A DNA stretch of 24,000 bases from Spiribacter vilamensis (GTDB lineage: Bacteria; Pseudomonadota; Gammaproteobacteria; Nitrococcales; Nitrococcaceae). The position numbers and the translations under genes are program-made. Of this stretch, positions 1 to 9,284 are shown piece by piece. The DNA is taken from contig NZ_SHLI01000001.1 in assembly GCF_004217415.1 (NCBI RefSeq), forward strand, positions 1,607,239-1,631,238, read 5' to 3'. Position 1 is the first letter of the stretch. The number at the start of each line of letters is the position of its first letter. The notes beneath the pieces are model-generated. The model had not been told where the DNA came from and did no database searches. It saw only the letters and a list, made by a program, of their open reading frames with translations.

Positions 1-648
1 CTCGATCACCGCCATCCCCCAGCGCGCCTCGTCCTGCGGCGCCGGCCGCCGGCGGCGGATCTCGTCGGTCTGCCAGGCGGCGGTGATTTCACGCTTGAGG
101 GCCTGGTGGACCTCCTCGATCTCCTCCGGCGTGGGATCGAGCCGATCCCCATGCCCCAGCAACTCGGCGATGTGGTTGTACTTCTGCAGCAGCGAGCGGC
201 GCATCACCTCGGTGGGATGTGCGGTCAGGACCAGCTCGATGTCGAGACCCGTCACCGTCTCGTGCAGGGAGTCGTTATAGCCGGAGGCCTCCATGCGCTT
301 GAAGAATTCCTCCAGCGAGCCGCGCAGGGGACCGGTCTGGGTATCCCGCACCCAGGCCCGGCTGCGGCGGATGCGATGATGCTGCTCGGCGATATTCGCC
401 AGGTTGAGGAACTGCGAAAACGCCCGCACCACCGGCACGATGAGCTCGTCGGGCAGTTCGGCGAGCCGCTTTTCCAGCGCCCGGGCGGCCGCCTCGTCAC
501 CGGCCCGCGCGCTCTTTGCGAGCCCGCGGATCTCCTCCACGGTTTCGTAGACGCGATCGCCCGACTGCTCGTGGATCGTGCTGCCCAGCAGCCCGCCCAG
601 CTGGCGGATATCCTCGCGCAATGGCGCGTCGCTGCGGTTTTCACTCAT
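1..648 (-). CDS. ppc: Phosphoenolpyruvate carboxylase, N-terminal 216 codons (gene continues past the left window edge)
   Basis: This gene is absent from the ORF track because it runs off the edge. Manual reverse-strand translation from the ATG at 648..646 gives MSENRSDAPLREDIRQLGGLLGSTIHEQSGDRVYETVEEIRGLAKSARAG...VRAFSQFLNLANIAEQHHRIRR...DIELVLTAHPTEVMRRSLLQKYNHI...AWQTDEIRRRRP. It stays open to position 1. The VLTAHPTE and FSQFLNLAN motifs are hallmark PEPC N-terminal motifs. The + ORF 106..681 is its antisense shadow. Confidence 0.92.
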   Translation of the reverse strand, partial: MSENRSDAPLREDIRQLGGLLGSTIHEQSGDRVYETVEEIRGLAKSARAGDEAAARALEKRLAELPDELIVPVVRAFSQFLNLANIAEQHHRIRRSRAWVRDTQTGPLRGSLEEFFKRMEASGYNDSLHETVTGLDIELVLTAHPTEVMRRSLLQKYNHIAELLGHGDRLDPTPEEIEEVHQALKREITAAWQTDEIRRRRPAPQDEARWGMAVIE

Positions 649-662
649 AGCTGCAGTTCCCC

Positions 663-704
663 CTTGATCGCGGCATTCTGACCAAAGCGCCAGAGGCGAT
701 CAAG
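663..704. repeat. 9-bp perfect inverted repeat CTTGATCGC (663-671) / GCGATCAAG (696-704) in the ppc-ampG divergent intergenic region
   Basis: I verified the repeat base by base, with a 24-nt spacer. It lies between the divergent starts at 648 and 745. Its function (operator or leader hairpin) is unknown. Confidence 0.5.
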
Positions 705-744
705 AAAGCTTGCCCCGTCCGGCGCGTTCGCCGACGATGCCGCC

Positions 745-2124
745 ATGGAGCAAACAACCAAAGCCGCACGGTGGCGCGAGGCCGTCAGGGTCTATCGCCG
801 GCCGAGCGTCCTCGCGATGCTGTTTCTCGGTTTCTCGGCGGGGCTGCCGTTCATGCTCGTGTTCGCCACGCTCAGTGCCTGGTTGCGGGAGATGGATGTC
901 AGTCGCAGCGCCATCGGCTTTTTCAGCTGGGTGGGCATCACCTACTCGATCAAGTTTATCTGGTCACCAGTCATCGACCGCGTCCCCCTGCCCGGGCTGA
1001 CCCGATACCTCGGGCGTCGACGGGCCTGGATCCTGCTGGGACAGGTGGGTATTGCCACGGGACTGGCGGGGATGGCCTTCGCCGATCCGGCAACGGGACT
1101 CCTGCCGGTAGCACTACTCGCCCTGCTGGTGGCGTTTTCCTCGGCGACACAGGATGTCGCCATCGACGCCTTTCGTATCGAGTGCGATATCGACCGCTTC
1201 CAGGGCGCGCTCGCCGCCGCCTATCAGCTCGGTTACCGCGTCGCCATCCTCGCCTCCTACACCGGCGCGCTCTACCTGGCCGATCTGGTCAGCTGGCGGG
1301 TGGCGTATCTGACGATGGCGGCGTTGATGGGCATTGGCATGATCACCGTCCTCTGGCGCCCGGAACCCGTTAGCGAGAGCGATCGACGCCGGCGCGGCGA
1401 TGATGAGCACGCCCGGGCATTCGTTGCCCGGCATCCGGAGATGCCGGGATGGCTGCGGGAGTCCATTGCCTGGCTGCTGAGCGCCGTGGTGGCCCCGGTA
1501 CGCGAGTTCTTCAGTCGCTTCGGGCGCTTCGCCCTGGTGATGCTGGCGCTGGTGGCGAGCTTTCGGATTACCGATATCGCCATGGCAAGCATGGCCAACC
1601 CGCTCTATATCGACCTCGGCTACAGCAAGGCGGTCATCGCCAACGTCAGCGGCGCCTGGGGACTGGGGATGACCATTACGGGGGCGCTGCTGGGCGGGTT
1701 GCTGACGGCGCGATTCGGCATCCTGCGGCCGCTGCTGGGGGGCGCTTTCCTCGCGGCGATCACCAATCTTCTGTTCGCCTGGATGGCCGGCCAGGGCGGT
1801 GCGACCTTTGCGCTGGTGCTTACCATCAGCGCCGATAACCTCTCCGGCGGCATCGCCGGGTCGGTGTTCATCGCCTGGCTGTCGAGCCTGACCAACACGA
1901 GCTACACCGCCACGCAGTACGCGCTGTTCAGTTCCCTGATGACGCTGCCCGGCAAGTTCCTGAGCGGGTTTGGCGGGATTGTGGTGGATGCCATCAACTA
2001 CCCGACCTTCTTTGTCATCTCCGCGCTCATGGGCCTGCCGGCGGTGGGACTGATCATTGTCATCATGAAGCGCGAATCGGCACGCGGCACGGTAGACGCT
2101 GTCACACCGAGCGATGGAAAATAG
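745..2124 (+). CDS. ampG: MFS transporter, AmpG/muropeptide permease family
   Basis: The 459-aa ORF has a multi-TM hydrophobic profile. Its N-terminus (LFLGFSAGLPFMLVFATLSAWLRE...SIKFIWSPVIDR) follows the pattern typical of AmpG-family permeases. GC3 is high. The antisense 589-aa ORF 1114..2883 is a shadow. Confidence 0.75.
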   Translation: MEQTTKAARWREAVRVYRRPSVLAMLFLGFSAGLPFMLVFATLSAWLREMDVSRSAIGFFSWVGITYSIKFIWSPVIDRVPLPGLTRYLGRRRAWILLGQVGIATGLAGMAFADPATGLLPVALLALLVAFSSATQDVAIDAFRIECDIDRFQGALAAAYQLGYRVAILASYTGALYLADLVSWRVAYLTMAALMGIGMITVLWRPEPVSESDRRRRGDDEHARAFVARHPEMPGWLRESIAWLLSAVVAPVREFFSRFGRFALVMLALVASFRITDIAMASMANPLYIDLGYSKAVIANVSGAWGLGMTITGALLGGLLTARFGILRPLLGGAFLAAITNLLFAWMAGQGGATFALVLTISADNLSGGIAGSVFIAWLSSLTNTSYTATQYALFSSLMTLPGKFLSGFGGIVVDAINYPTFFVISALMGLPAVGLIIVIMKRESARGTVDAVTPSDGK

Positions 2125-2139
2125 TGTTTTATTGTCTAG

Positions 2140-3111
<972 letters not shown>

Positions 3112-3119
3112 GGATCAGT

Positions 3120-3386
3120 ATGGAAAAACCGACACATCTCGCCCTCTACGAGCACGACCTCTGCGGCTTCTGCCAGTCGGTCCGCCGTTCCACGCGGGAC
3201 CTGGATCTGGAGGTCGAGTCGCGCAACATCCTGCGTGAGCCCGACCGTCGCCAGGAGCTCATCGATGGCGGTGGCAAGGGCATGGTCCCGTGTCTGCGGC
3301 TCGAATATCCGGATGGACGAGTCGAGTGGCTCTATGAGTCCGCCGATATCGTCGACTATCTCAAGCGCCTCGACGCCGAGGACTAG
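3120..3386 (+). CDS. Small glutaredoxin/thioredoxin-fold protein (CGFC motif)
   Basis: The tracked ORF 3108..3386 begins at a GTG overlapping the trxB stop. The ATG at 3120 is preceded by a GAGGA RBS, so I prefer it. LALYEHDLCGFCQSV...GMVPCL...ADIVDYLKRL matches glutaredoxin-like or GST N-terminal fold proteins. Confidence 0.65.
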   Translation: MEKPTHLALYEHDLCGFCQSVRRSTRDLDLEVESRNILREPDRRQELIDGGGKGMVPCLRLEYPDGRVEWLYESADIVDYLKRLDAED

Positions 3387-4162
3387 TCCGGCCAGTCGTA
3401 CTCGATAGTCAACGGCGCGTGGTCGGAAAACCGGTCGGCGCGGTGGATATGGGAGTCACGCACGCGGGCGCCGATTCCCGGCGTGGTGATCTGGTAATCG
3501 ATCCGCCATCCGGTGTTGTTCGCCCAGGCCTGGCCACGGAATGACCACCAGGTGTACTCATCGTCGGCGTCATTGACCTGGCGGAAGGCATCGACAAAGC
3601 CGGCCTCACCGAGCAGGCGGTCCATCCATTCCCGCTCATGCGGCAGGAAACCCGAATTCTTCCGGTTGGATCGCCAGTTGCGAAGGTCGCGCCAGGTGTG
3701 GGCGATGTTCCAGTCGCCACCGATCACGTATTCGCGGCCATCCGCCGCCATCGCCCCGAGGCGCTCGAGTAACGGCTCCATGAACGCGTCCTTGATACCC
3801 TGGCGGTGCTCGCCGGAACTGCCCGAGGGCATGTAGAACGACACCACGCTGAGATTACCGAACCGCGCCTCCAGCCAGCGGCCTTCGCGATCGATCTCGG
3901 GCAGACCCAGTCCCTCGTGGTAACTATCCGGCTCGCGCAGGCTGTAGACCGCGACACCGCTGTAGCCCTTGCGCTCGGCATCGGCGAAAGCGGCGTGATA
4001 GCCAGCCGGGAAATACGGCCCACCCTCGAGCTGGGCGCGCTGGGCCTTGGTCTCCTGGATGCACAGGACATCCGGCCGACGCTCCTCGAGCCATTCGAAA
4101 AAGCCCTTTCGCTGCGCGGCACGGATACCATTGAGGTTGGCGGTCATGATGCTCAATGTCAT
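3383..4162 (-). CDS. xthA: Exodeoxyribonuclease III (AP endonuclease, EEP family)
   Basis: Supporting motifs are MTLSIMTANLNGIRAA...RPDVLCIQETKA...GDWNIAH...RIDY...SDHAPL. Three in-frame ATGs (4174, 4162, 4147) are possible starts. I chose 4162 so that the first beta-strand before NLNG is complete. The exact start is uncertain. Confidence 0.88.
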   Translation of the reverse strand: MTLSIMTANLNGIRAAQRKGFFEWLEERRPDVLCIQETKAQRAQLEGGPYFPAGYHAAFADAERKGYSGVAVYSLREPDSYHEGLGLPEIDREGRWLEARFGNLSVVSFYMPSGSSGEHRQGIKDAFMEPLLERLGAMAADGREYVIGGDWNIAHTWRDLRNWRSNRKNSGFLPHEREWMDRLLGEAGFVDAFRQVNDADDEYTWWSFRGQAWANNTGWRIDYQITTPGIGARVRDSHIHRADRFSDHAPLTIEYDWPD

Positions 4163-4197
4163 GGCGCAAAGCATAACCGAAGACCGGGGAATGACCC

Positions 4198-4740
4198 ATG
4201 CAAAGAAGCACCAATCTGGACGAGGTCTGCTACCCGTTCATCCACGAGATATCCCCGCTCTGCGACTTCGAGGTCATTACCGACGAGCTGTGCGGGAACA
4301 TCGGCGCCGTCGCCTCCACCCTGCCGGCAGAGATGAGCGATCTGCGTGCCGATCTCGACACCCTCCAGCCGCTGGCCTTTCACCTCAACGGATCGATCCG
4401 CGGCCGGCTCGCCGTCGACGAGGCGGATCTCGACTGGGCGAAATCCCGGCTTGCCCGCTACCGGAACGAGGCCGCCGGCCGGGCCGACGGGTTCGTGCTG
4501 CCGCGCGGCGATGTGCCTGTCCCGTTCCTCAACCTCGCGCGCTCCGGGGCCAAGAAGGCGATCCGGCAGATGGTGCGCATCGAGGAGGCCGGCATCGAGG
4601 TGCCGGAGGTGCTGCCGCGGTTCTGCAACATCCTCTGCAACCTGTTCTTTGCGATGATCCTGGTAATCAACCAGCGCCGCGGGACAACGGAAGTCCCGTT
4701 CGTCTCGAAGAGCTACGGGCCGAGGACCCGCAGCGACTGA
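4198..4740 (+). CDS. PduO-fold (Cob_adeno_trans-like) helical-bundle protein; the canonical N-terminal ATP-binding motif is not evident
   Basis: The 180-aa ORF has high GC3. Segments DELCGNIG, LDTLQPLAFHL, GFVLPRGD..PFLNLARSGAKKAIRQMVRIEE and CNILCNLFFAMILVIN follow the helix pattern I recall for PduO-type ATP:cob(I)alamin adenosyltransferases. The 3' end overlaps the btuD 3' end by 28 nt (convergent). Confidence 0.55.
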   Translation: MQRSTNLDEVCYPFIHEISPLCDFEVITDELCGNIGAVASTLPAEMSDLRADLDTLQPLAFHLNGSIRGRLAVDEADLDWAKSRLARYRNEAAGRADGFVLPRGDVPVPFLNLARSGAKKAIRQMVRIEEAGIEVPEVLPRFCNILCNLFFAMILVINQRRGTTEVPFVSKSYGPRTRSD

Positions 4741-5474
4741 AACACCGGCCCGTGATCGGTGGCTTGCAGGAAGGCCTCGATGTGAAAGATCCGGGCCAGG
4801 TTGTCGGCGGTGAGCACGGCGGCGGGCGCGCCGTCGGCAACGATGCGCCGTTCACCGACCAGGATTAAACGCGTGCAGTGGCGAGCCGCCAGCCCCAGGT
4901 CGTGGAGCGAGACCAGCACGGAGCGGCCACTGGCGGCGATACCCGCGAACGTCTCCATCGTCGTGATCTGGTGCGCCGGATCGAGCCCGGCGATGGGCTC
5001 GTCGGCCATGATCATCGGCGTCTGCTGGGCCAGGGACCGGGCGATCAGGGCGCGGGTACGCTCACCCGCCGACAGCCGTGTCACCGCGCGGTGCTCGAAC
5101 CCCGCGAGCCCGACCTCGCGGATCGCCTTGGCCACCTGTTCCAGGTCCGACCTGCCGGGCCGCTGACCCGGCGCCCGGTGCGGCATCCGCCCCAGCATCA
5201 CCAGCGCCTCGACGCTGATCGGCCAGGCGACACTGCGATCCTGCGGCATCCACGCCACGGTGCGGGCACGGGTGCGATCATCAAGACCGGCCAGCGAGCA
5301 GTGTCCCGACGCGGGGATCAGCCCCAGGGCGGCCCGCATCAGCGTCGTCTTGCCCGCGCCATTGGGGCCGATCAGGCCCACCAGCTCGCCGGGCTCGATG
5401 GACAGATTGATGTCGCCGATGACCGGCGTGCCGGCCAGTGCCACCGAGAAGTCCCGGAACGTCACCCGCGTCAT
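4713..5474 (-). CDS. btuD: ABC transporter ATP-binding protein, FecE/BtuD family (cobalamin import by operon context)
   Basis: It has Walker A GPNGAGKTT, signature LSAGERTR and Walker B MIMADEPIAGLD. The start overlaps the btuC stop (5471..5474). It is the last gene of an operon headed by a cobalamin riboswitch. Confidence 0.8.
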   Translation of the reverse strand: MTRVTFRDFSVALAGTPVIGDINLSIEPGELVGLIGPNGAGKTTLMRAALGLIPASGHCSLAGLDDRTRARTVAWMPQDRSVAWPISVEALVMLGRMPHRAPGQRPGRSDLEQVAKAIREVGLAGFEHRAVTRLSAGERTRALIARSLAQQTPMIMADEPIAGLDPAHQITTMETFAGIAASGRSVLVSLHDLGLAARHCTRLILVGERRIVADGAPAAVLTADNLARIFHIEAFLQATDHGPVFQSLRVLGP

Positions 5475-6454
5475 GCCAACTCCCGCCGTGTCTGGTAGAT
5501 CAGGTGCAGGAACAGCGGCGCGCCGATCAGTGCCGTTACGACACCGAGCTTGAGATCGGATTCGGGCAGAATCACTCGCACCCCGATATCGGCCAGCAAC
5601 ACCATGGCGGCACCGCCAAGCGCACTGCTCAGCAGCAGCCGTCCGGGCATTGCCCCCACCCAGGGCCGGATCAGATGCGGGACGACCAGCCCCACGAAGC
5701 CGATGGTGCCAGCCACCGCAGTACTCGCCCCCACCACCAGCGCCGAGCCGATGATCAGTCGCCAGCGTACCCGGCGCACCCGCATGCCCATCGCCTCGGC
5801 GGCGTCCTCGCCCAGGGTGATGGCATCCAGCGGCCGACCGAGGGTGAGCAACAGCACCGCCCCCAGCAGCACAAAGGGCAGCGCCAGCAGGACATGCTCC
5901 ATGGACCGATCGGCGAGCGAGCCCATCATCCAGAAGACGATTTCGCTGGTGGCGAAGGGATTGGGGGAGAGGTTGAGCACCAGCGACACCATCGCGCTGG
6001 CGAGGGCCGAAATGGCGATCCCGGCGAGGATCAGGCTCAGCGTCCCGCCCTGTCGGCCTGCCAGCAGGGTAATCAGCAACACCCCGATCAATGCCCCGAC
6101 GAGTGCCGCCAGCGGTAGCGCCAGCGGAAACCCCGCCGCCAGCCCGGTCTGAATGGCCAGCACCGCCCCCAGGGCCGCACTGCCCGAAATCCCCAGCAGT
6201 CCCGGCTCAGCGAGTGGGTTGCGCAGATAGCCCTGCATCGCCGCCCCCGAAAGCCCGAGGCTGGCGCCGACCATGATCGCGAGCAACACCCGGGGCAGCC
6301 GGATTTCGCGCATAACCAGCGCCAGCGGTGTCTCACCGCCGGTCAACAGGGCCTCGAGACTGGTGAGTGGCCCGATGGGCGCCGGCCCCACCACCAGCGA
6401 GCCGATGACCAGTCCCACCAGCAGGATCGACAACACCGTCAGCAAGCGGGTCAT
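5471..6454 (-). CDS. btuC: FecCD-family ABC permease (cobalamin/siderophore type)
   Basis: The 327-aa polytopic membrane protein carries typical FecCD motifs (LLTGGETPLALVMREIRLPRVLLA, GTIGFVGLVVPHLIR). It has 4-nt overlaps with both neighbours. Confidence 0.82.
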   Translation of the reverse strand: MTRLLTVLSILLVGLVIGSLVVGPAPIGPLTSLEALLTGGETPLALVMREIRLPRVLLAIMVGASLGLSGAAMQGYLRNPLAEPGLLGISGSAALGAVLAIQTGLAAGFPLALPLAALVGALIGVLLITLLAGRQGGTLSLILAGIAISALASAMVSLVLNLSPNPFATSEIVFWMMGSLADRSMEHVLLALPFVLLGAVLLLTLGRPLDAITLGEDAAEAMGMRVRRVRWRLIIGSALVVGASTAVAGTIGFVGLVVPHLIRPWVGAMPGRLLLSSALGGAAMVLLADIGVRVILPESDLKLGVVTALIGAPLFLHLIYQTRRELA

Positions 6455-7290
6455 AGCTCTGCCATGCGCTCGATGGCATCGAGCACCTGCGGAATCCCGC
6501 AGACCCAGTCGGCATTACCCAGCCCGCGCTGCACGCCGGCCGGGGCGATCTCGTCGAGGACCGGATGCCGCATCACCGCCTCGGCCCGGGAATAACCCGG
6601 CCCGCGGGATCCGGTAATGATCCGCTCCGGCGAGGCCAGGACCAGTTGCTCCAGCGGCAGATGCCCGCCCCGTTCAACACCCAGGTCGCTGGCGATGTTG
6701 TCGAAGCCGGCCGCCTCGACGATCGCGCCGATCAACGTGCCATCACCGCGGGTGTAGCCATTGGGAAAGTAGAGCGCAACATCGGTCGCCGGCCTTTCGC
6801 GACCGGCGGCCCGGAGGGCGGTCAGCCGTTGGTCGAAGGCCCGAATCAGGGCATCCGCCCGATCCGGCCGGCCCAGCACTTCGCCCATCCGCCGCAGGTT
6901 GTCGCGGACATCATCCAGCGAGGTGGCCGGCTCGAATACGGCCACGGGGATCTCGAGCCGCCGCAGCATGGCCACCGTCGCCCCGGCACTGAAGCGACCG
7001 GCGATGACCTGATCGGGCTGCAGGAGATGGATCTCCTCGGCCCGGCCATGGTTGGCGGGATACCGCTGCGCCTCGTCGGCCATGGCGGAGTTCGCCGGAT
7101 CCTGCGCCAGCGCCAATACCGAGACCAGCTGATCCGGCCCGGCCACCAGCATGGCGAGCTGGTCGGTGCACAGGTTCATGGAGACGACACGTTGAGGTGC
7201 GTCGTCAGCCGCCAGGGCCGGCATCGACATCGCAATGGCAGTCGGGATCAGCATCCCGCCCAGCCAGCGCCTAAGCCGTTGACCTACCAT
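6451..7290 (-). CDS. btuF: Periplasmic binding protein, BtuF/FhuD-type (cluster A-2 SBP)
   Basis: It has a signal peptide ending PALAADD and the pattern RVVSMNLCTDQLAMLV...PDQVIAG typical of PF01497-like binding proteins. The ATG at 7290 overlaps the btuB stop (7284-7286). Confidence 0.72.
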   Translation of the reverse strand: MVGQRLRRWLGGMLIPTAIAMSMPALAADDAPQRVVSMNLCTDQLAMLVAGPDQLVSVLALAQDPANSAMADEAQRYPANHGRAEEIHLLQPDQVIAGRFSAGATVAMLRRLEIPVAVFEPATSLDDVRDNLRRMGEVLGRPDRADALIRAFDQRLTALRAAGRERPATDVALYFPNGYTRGDGTLIGAIVEAAGFDNIASDLGVERGGHLPLEQLVLASPERIITGSRGPGYSRAEAVMRHPVLDEIAPAGVQRGLGNADWVCGIPQVLDAIERMAEL

Positions 7291-9146
7291 GTGGTGCGAA
7301 CACCCACGAAGCCGGCCCGACCGCGGGTGGCATAGCCCCAGACCTCCTGATAGTCCTCGTCGAAGGCGTTGGTGATGCGGGCGGTGAGGTCGACGTTGTC
7401 GGTCAGGGAGTATTCGGCCGCGAAATTGACCGTTGTAAAGGACGGAAGCTCTTTAGGCTCAAAACTACCAAAGCCTTCAACGTCTAAAAGATTGTCCACA
7501 TACCGCAAATCGGCATCCAGAGTGAGAGGAATCTCCGAGGGGCCATAGCGCACACCTAAGTTGATTTCGTTTTCAGGACGACGGGCCTCTGTTTGGTCAT
7601 CATCGTTTCGAGATTCTGTATAGATGTAACTACCACGCAGTGAAAACTCATCAGTAAGCCCGAGTCGACCAGTTAGTTCTACGCCCCGTCGGTCACTGTC
7701 ACCCTCGCTATTTACGTATTCAAGATTGCTGTTCGTGGTGATTTCGTTCTCTAGCGCATCGTTAAAGTAAATCAATCCAATGTTGCTGCGCTCACCAACT
7801 GTATATTCAAAGCCCACATCGAAGCCCGTATTGGTCTCTGCCTCGAGATTTTCGTTGCCCACATAACGCGCTGGGACTCCACCAATCAGAAAAGTGCCAC
7901 CGTAGACTTGAAGGAAAGTAGGGTAGACGACTGCACGACCGACCGAGCCATGGAAGCGCAGACGAGCAGTAGCGTCATAGGAAAGAGCCGCATTCCAGGA
8001 TAGAGCGTCATCGAACTGATCGCTTTCATCGAACCTTGCCCCTGCCTGCAGCCCAAGATCCGGGCTGAGAAACCCGTTGTACTCCAGCGCAACCGACTCG
8101 TTTTCACGCTCATTCGATGACGCATCCTCCGAGTCCGTCTTGCGTTCCACCAGCATGCTCAGCAGGTGATCACTCTGATCGACTGCCCGTTCATCCAGTC
8201 CGTATTGCAGTCGGTAATTAAGCAGCTCGGTCTGCTTATCCGTTACGGACGAACTCTGGTTGCTGGTCCTGTCCAGTCGAATTCGATGGACTAGCGCTTG
8301 ACCCAGCATCGCCTTTTCAAGATAGAGACTCCCGAAACGCTCCAGTACTTCGTCCCCCTTGGACGGATCATCAACAACGTAGCCAGACGCGCTCTTAGCT
8401 CCACTGTCGGTGTCGTCATAATCGTAATTGCCGGAAGCAATTCGGGTATTAAACCCTACTGTCAAAGAATCGGTGAGGTCGTATTCGCCCTTCGATGTCA
8501 CCGTTTCCCAGCGGGTGGAGTCCTTTTCGCCCCCTTCGCCACTGAAGTCATATCCCTCGTCATAGAGCTTCGAGGCGGTGAAAGAGAATGTCTTCCGGCC
8601 ATCACCATGAGTGACATAGGCACTCTCCCGATGTCCCTCACCCACCTCTGCCTCAGCACCGAAAACAGTGCCCTGGCCGGCCTCGCGGGTCACGATATTG
8701 ATCACACCGCTCGAGGCACCGGTACCGAATGGGACCGACTGTGGCCCGCGTAGAACCTCAATCCGATCGACACTGCCAAGATTCAGAGAGCGCAGGTTAT
8801 AGCCGTTCGTCACACCGGCATCCACACGCACGCCGTCGACAAGGATCAGGGTCTGGTTGGCCTCCCCTCCCCGAATCCGCACCTGCCGGTCATTCGGGCT
8901 GGTGCCGTTGATGGAAATCCCCGGCTGCCCTTCAAGCGCCTGCTGGACGGTGGCATAGCCACGTTCCTCGATGTCGCGGCGGGTTAGGATGGTGTTGGAG
9001 CGGCCGTATTCATCCGCGGTGACCGGCGAGATGCCGCCGGAGACGATGATGGGGTCGAGTCGGGTGGTTTCGCTGGTTTGCGCGTACGCAGTCATCGACA
9101 CACTCGCGGCGAACGCCAGCGCGGTGATGGGGATGGCTTTATCCAT
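7284..9146 (-). CDS. btuB: TonB-dependent outer-membrane receptor, cobalamin type (BtuB-like)
   Basis: The 620-aa protein has the signal peptide MDKAIPITALAFAASVSMTAYA and TonB box DPIIVSG. Plug-domain motifs are RIEVLRGPQSVPFGTGASSGVINIVT, and the aromatic C-terminus is FVGVRTTW. A cobalamin riboswitch sits immediately 5' of it. Confidence 0.9.
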   Translation of the reverse strand: MDKAIPITALAFAASVSMTAYAQTSETTRLDPIIVSGGISPVTADEYGRSNTILTRRDIEERGYATVQQALEGQPGISINGTSPNDRQVRIRGGEANQTLILVDGVRVDAGVTNGYNLRSLNLGSVDRIEVLRGPQSVPFGTGASSGVINIVTREAGQGTVFGAEAEVGEGHRESAYVTHGDGRKTFSFTASKLYDEGYDFSGEGGEKDSTRWETVTSKGEYDLTDSLTVGFNTRIASGNYDYDDTDSGAKSASGYVVDDPSKGDEVLERFGSLYLEKAMLGQALVHRIRLDRTSNQSSSVTDKQTELLNYRLQYGLDERAVDQSDHLLSMLVERKTDSEDASSNERENESVALEYNGFLSPDLGLQAGARFDESDQFDDALSWNAALSYDATARLRFHGSVGRAVVYPTFLQVYGGTFLIGGVPARYVGNENLEAETNTGFDVGFEYTVGERSNIGLIYFNDALENEITTNSNLEYVNSEGDSDRRGVELTGRLGLTDEFSLRGSYIYTESRNDDDQTEARRPENEINLGVRYGPSEIPLTLDADLRYVDNLLDVEGFGSFEPKELPSFTTVNFAAEYSLTDNVDLTARITNAFDEDYQEVWGYATRGRAGFVGVRTTW

Positions 9147-9284
9147 GTGATCGAGGCCCTTGGTTTTCGGGCAGGAAGACTCCCGCCGACAGACACACGA
9201 GGTCTGCGAAGGCCCTCATCGGACAGCCCACCGCAGACCGGCGACTGTCACCGCTGCGGTAGTGCCGCTTCCCTGGCGCGCCCC

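Noticed and set aside
7430-8650. Explaining the low GC of the btuB barrel purely by its acidic, S/T/N/Y-rich amino-acid composition
   Set aside because: Composition contributes, but synonymous third positions also shift strongly to A/T relative to the same gene's ends and to its neighbours. I therefore kept the observation as a finding (probable recombinant segment) rather than dismissing it.
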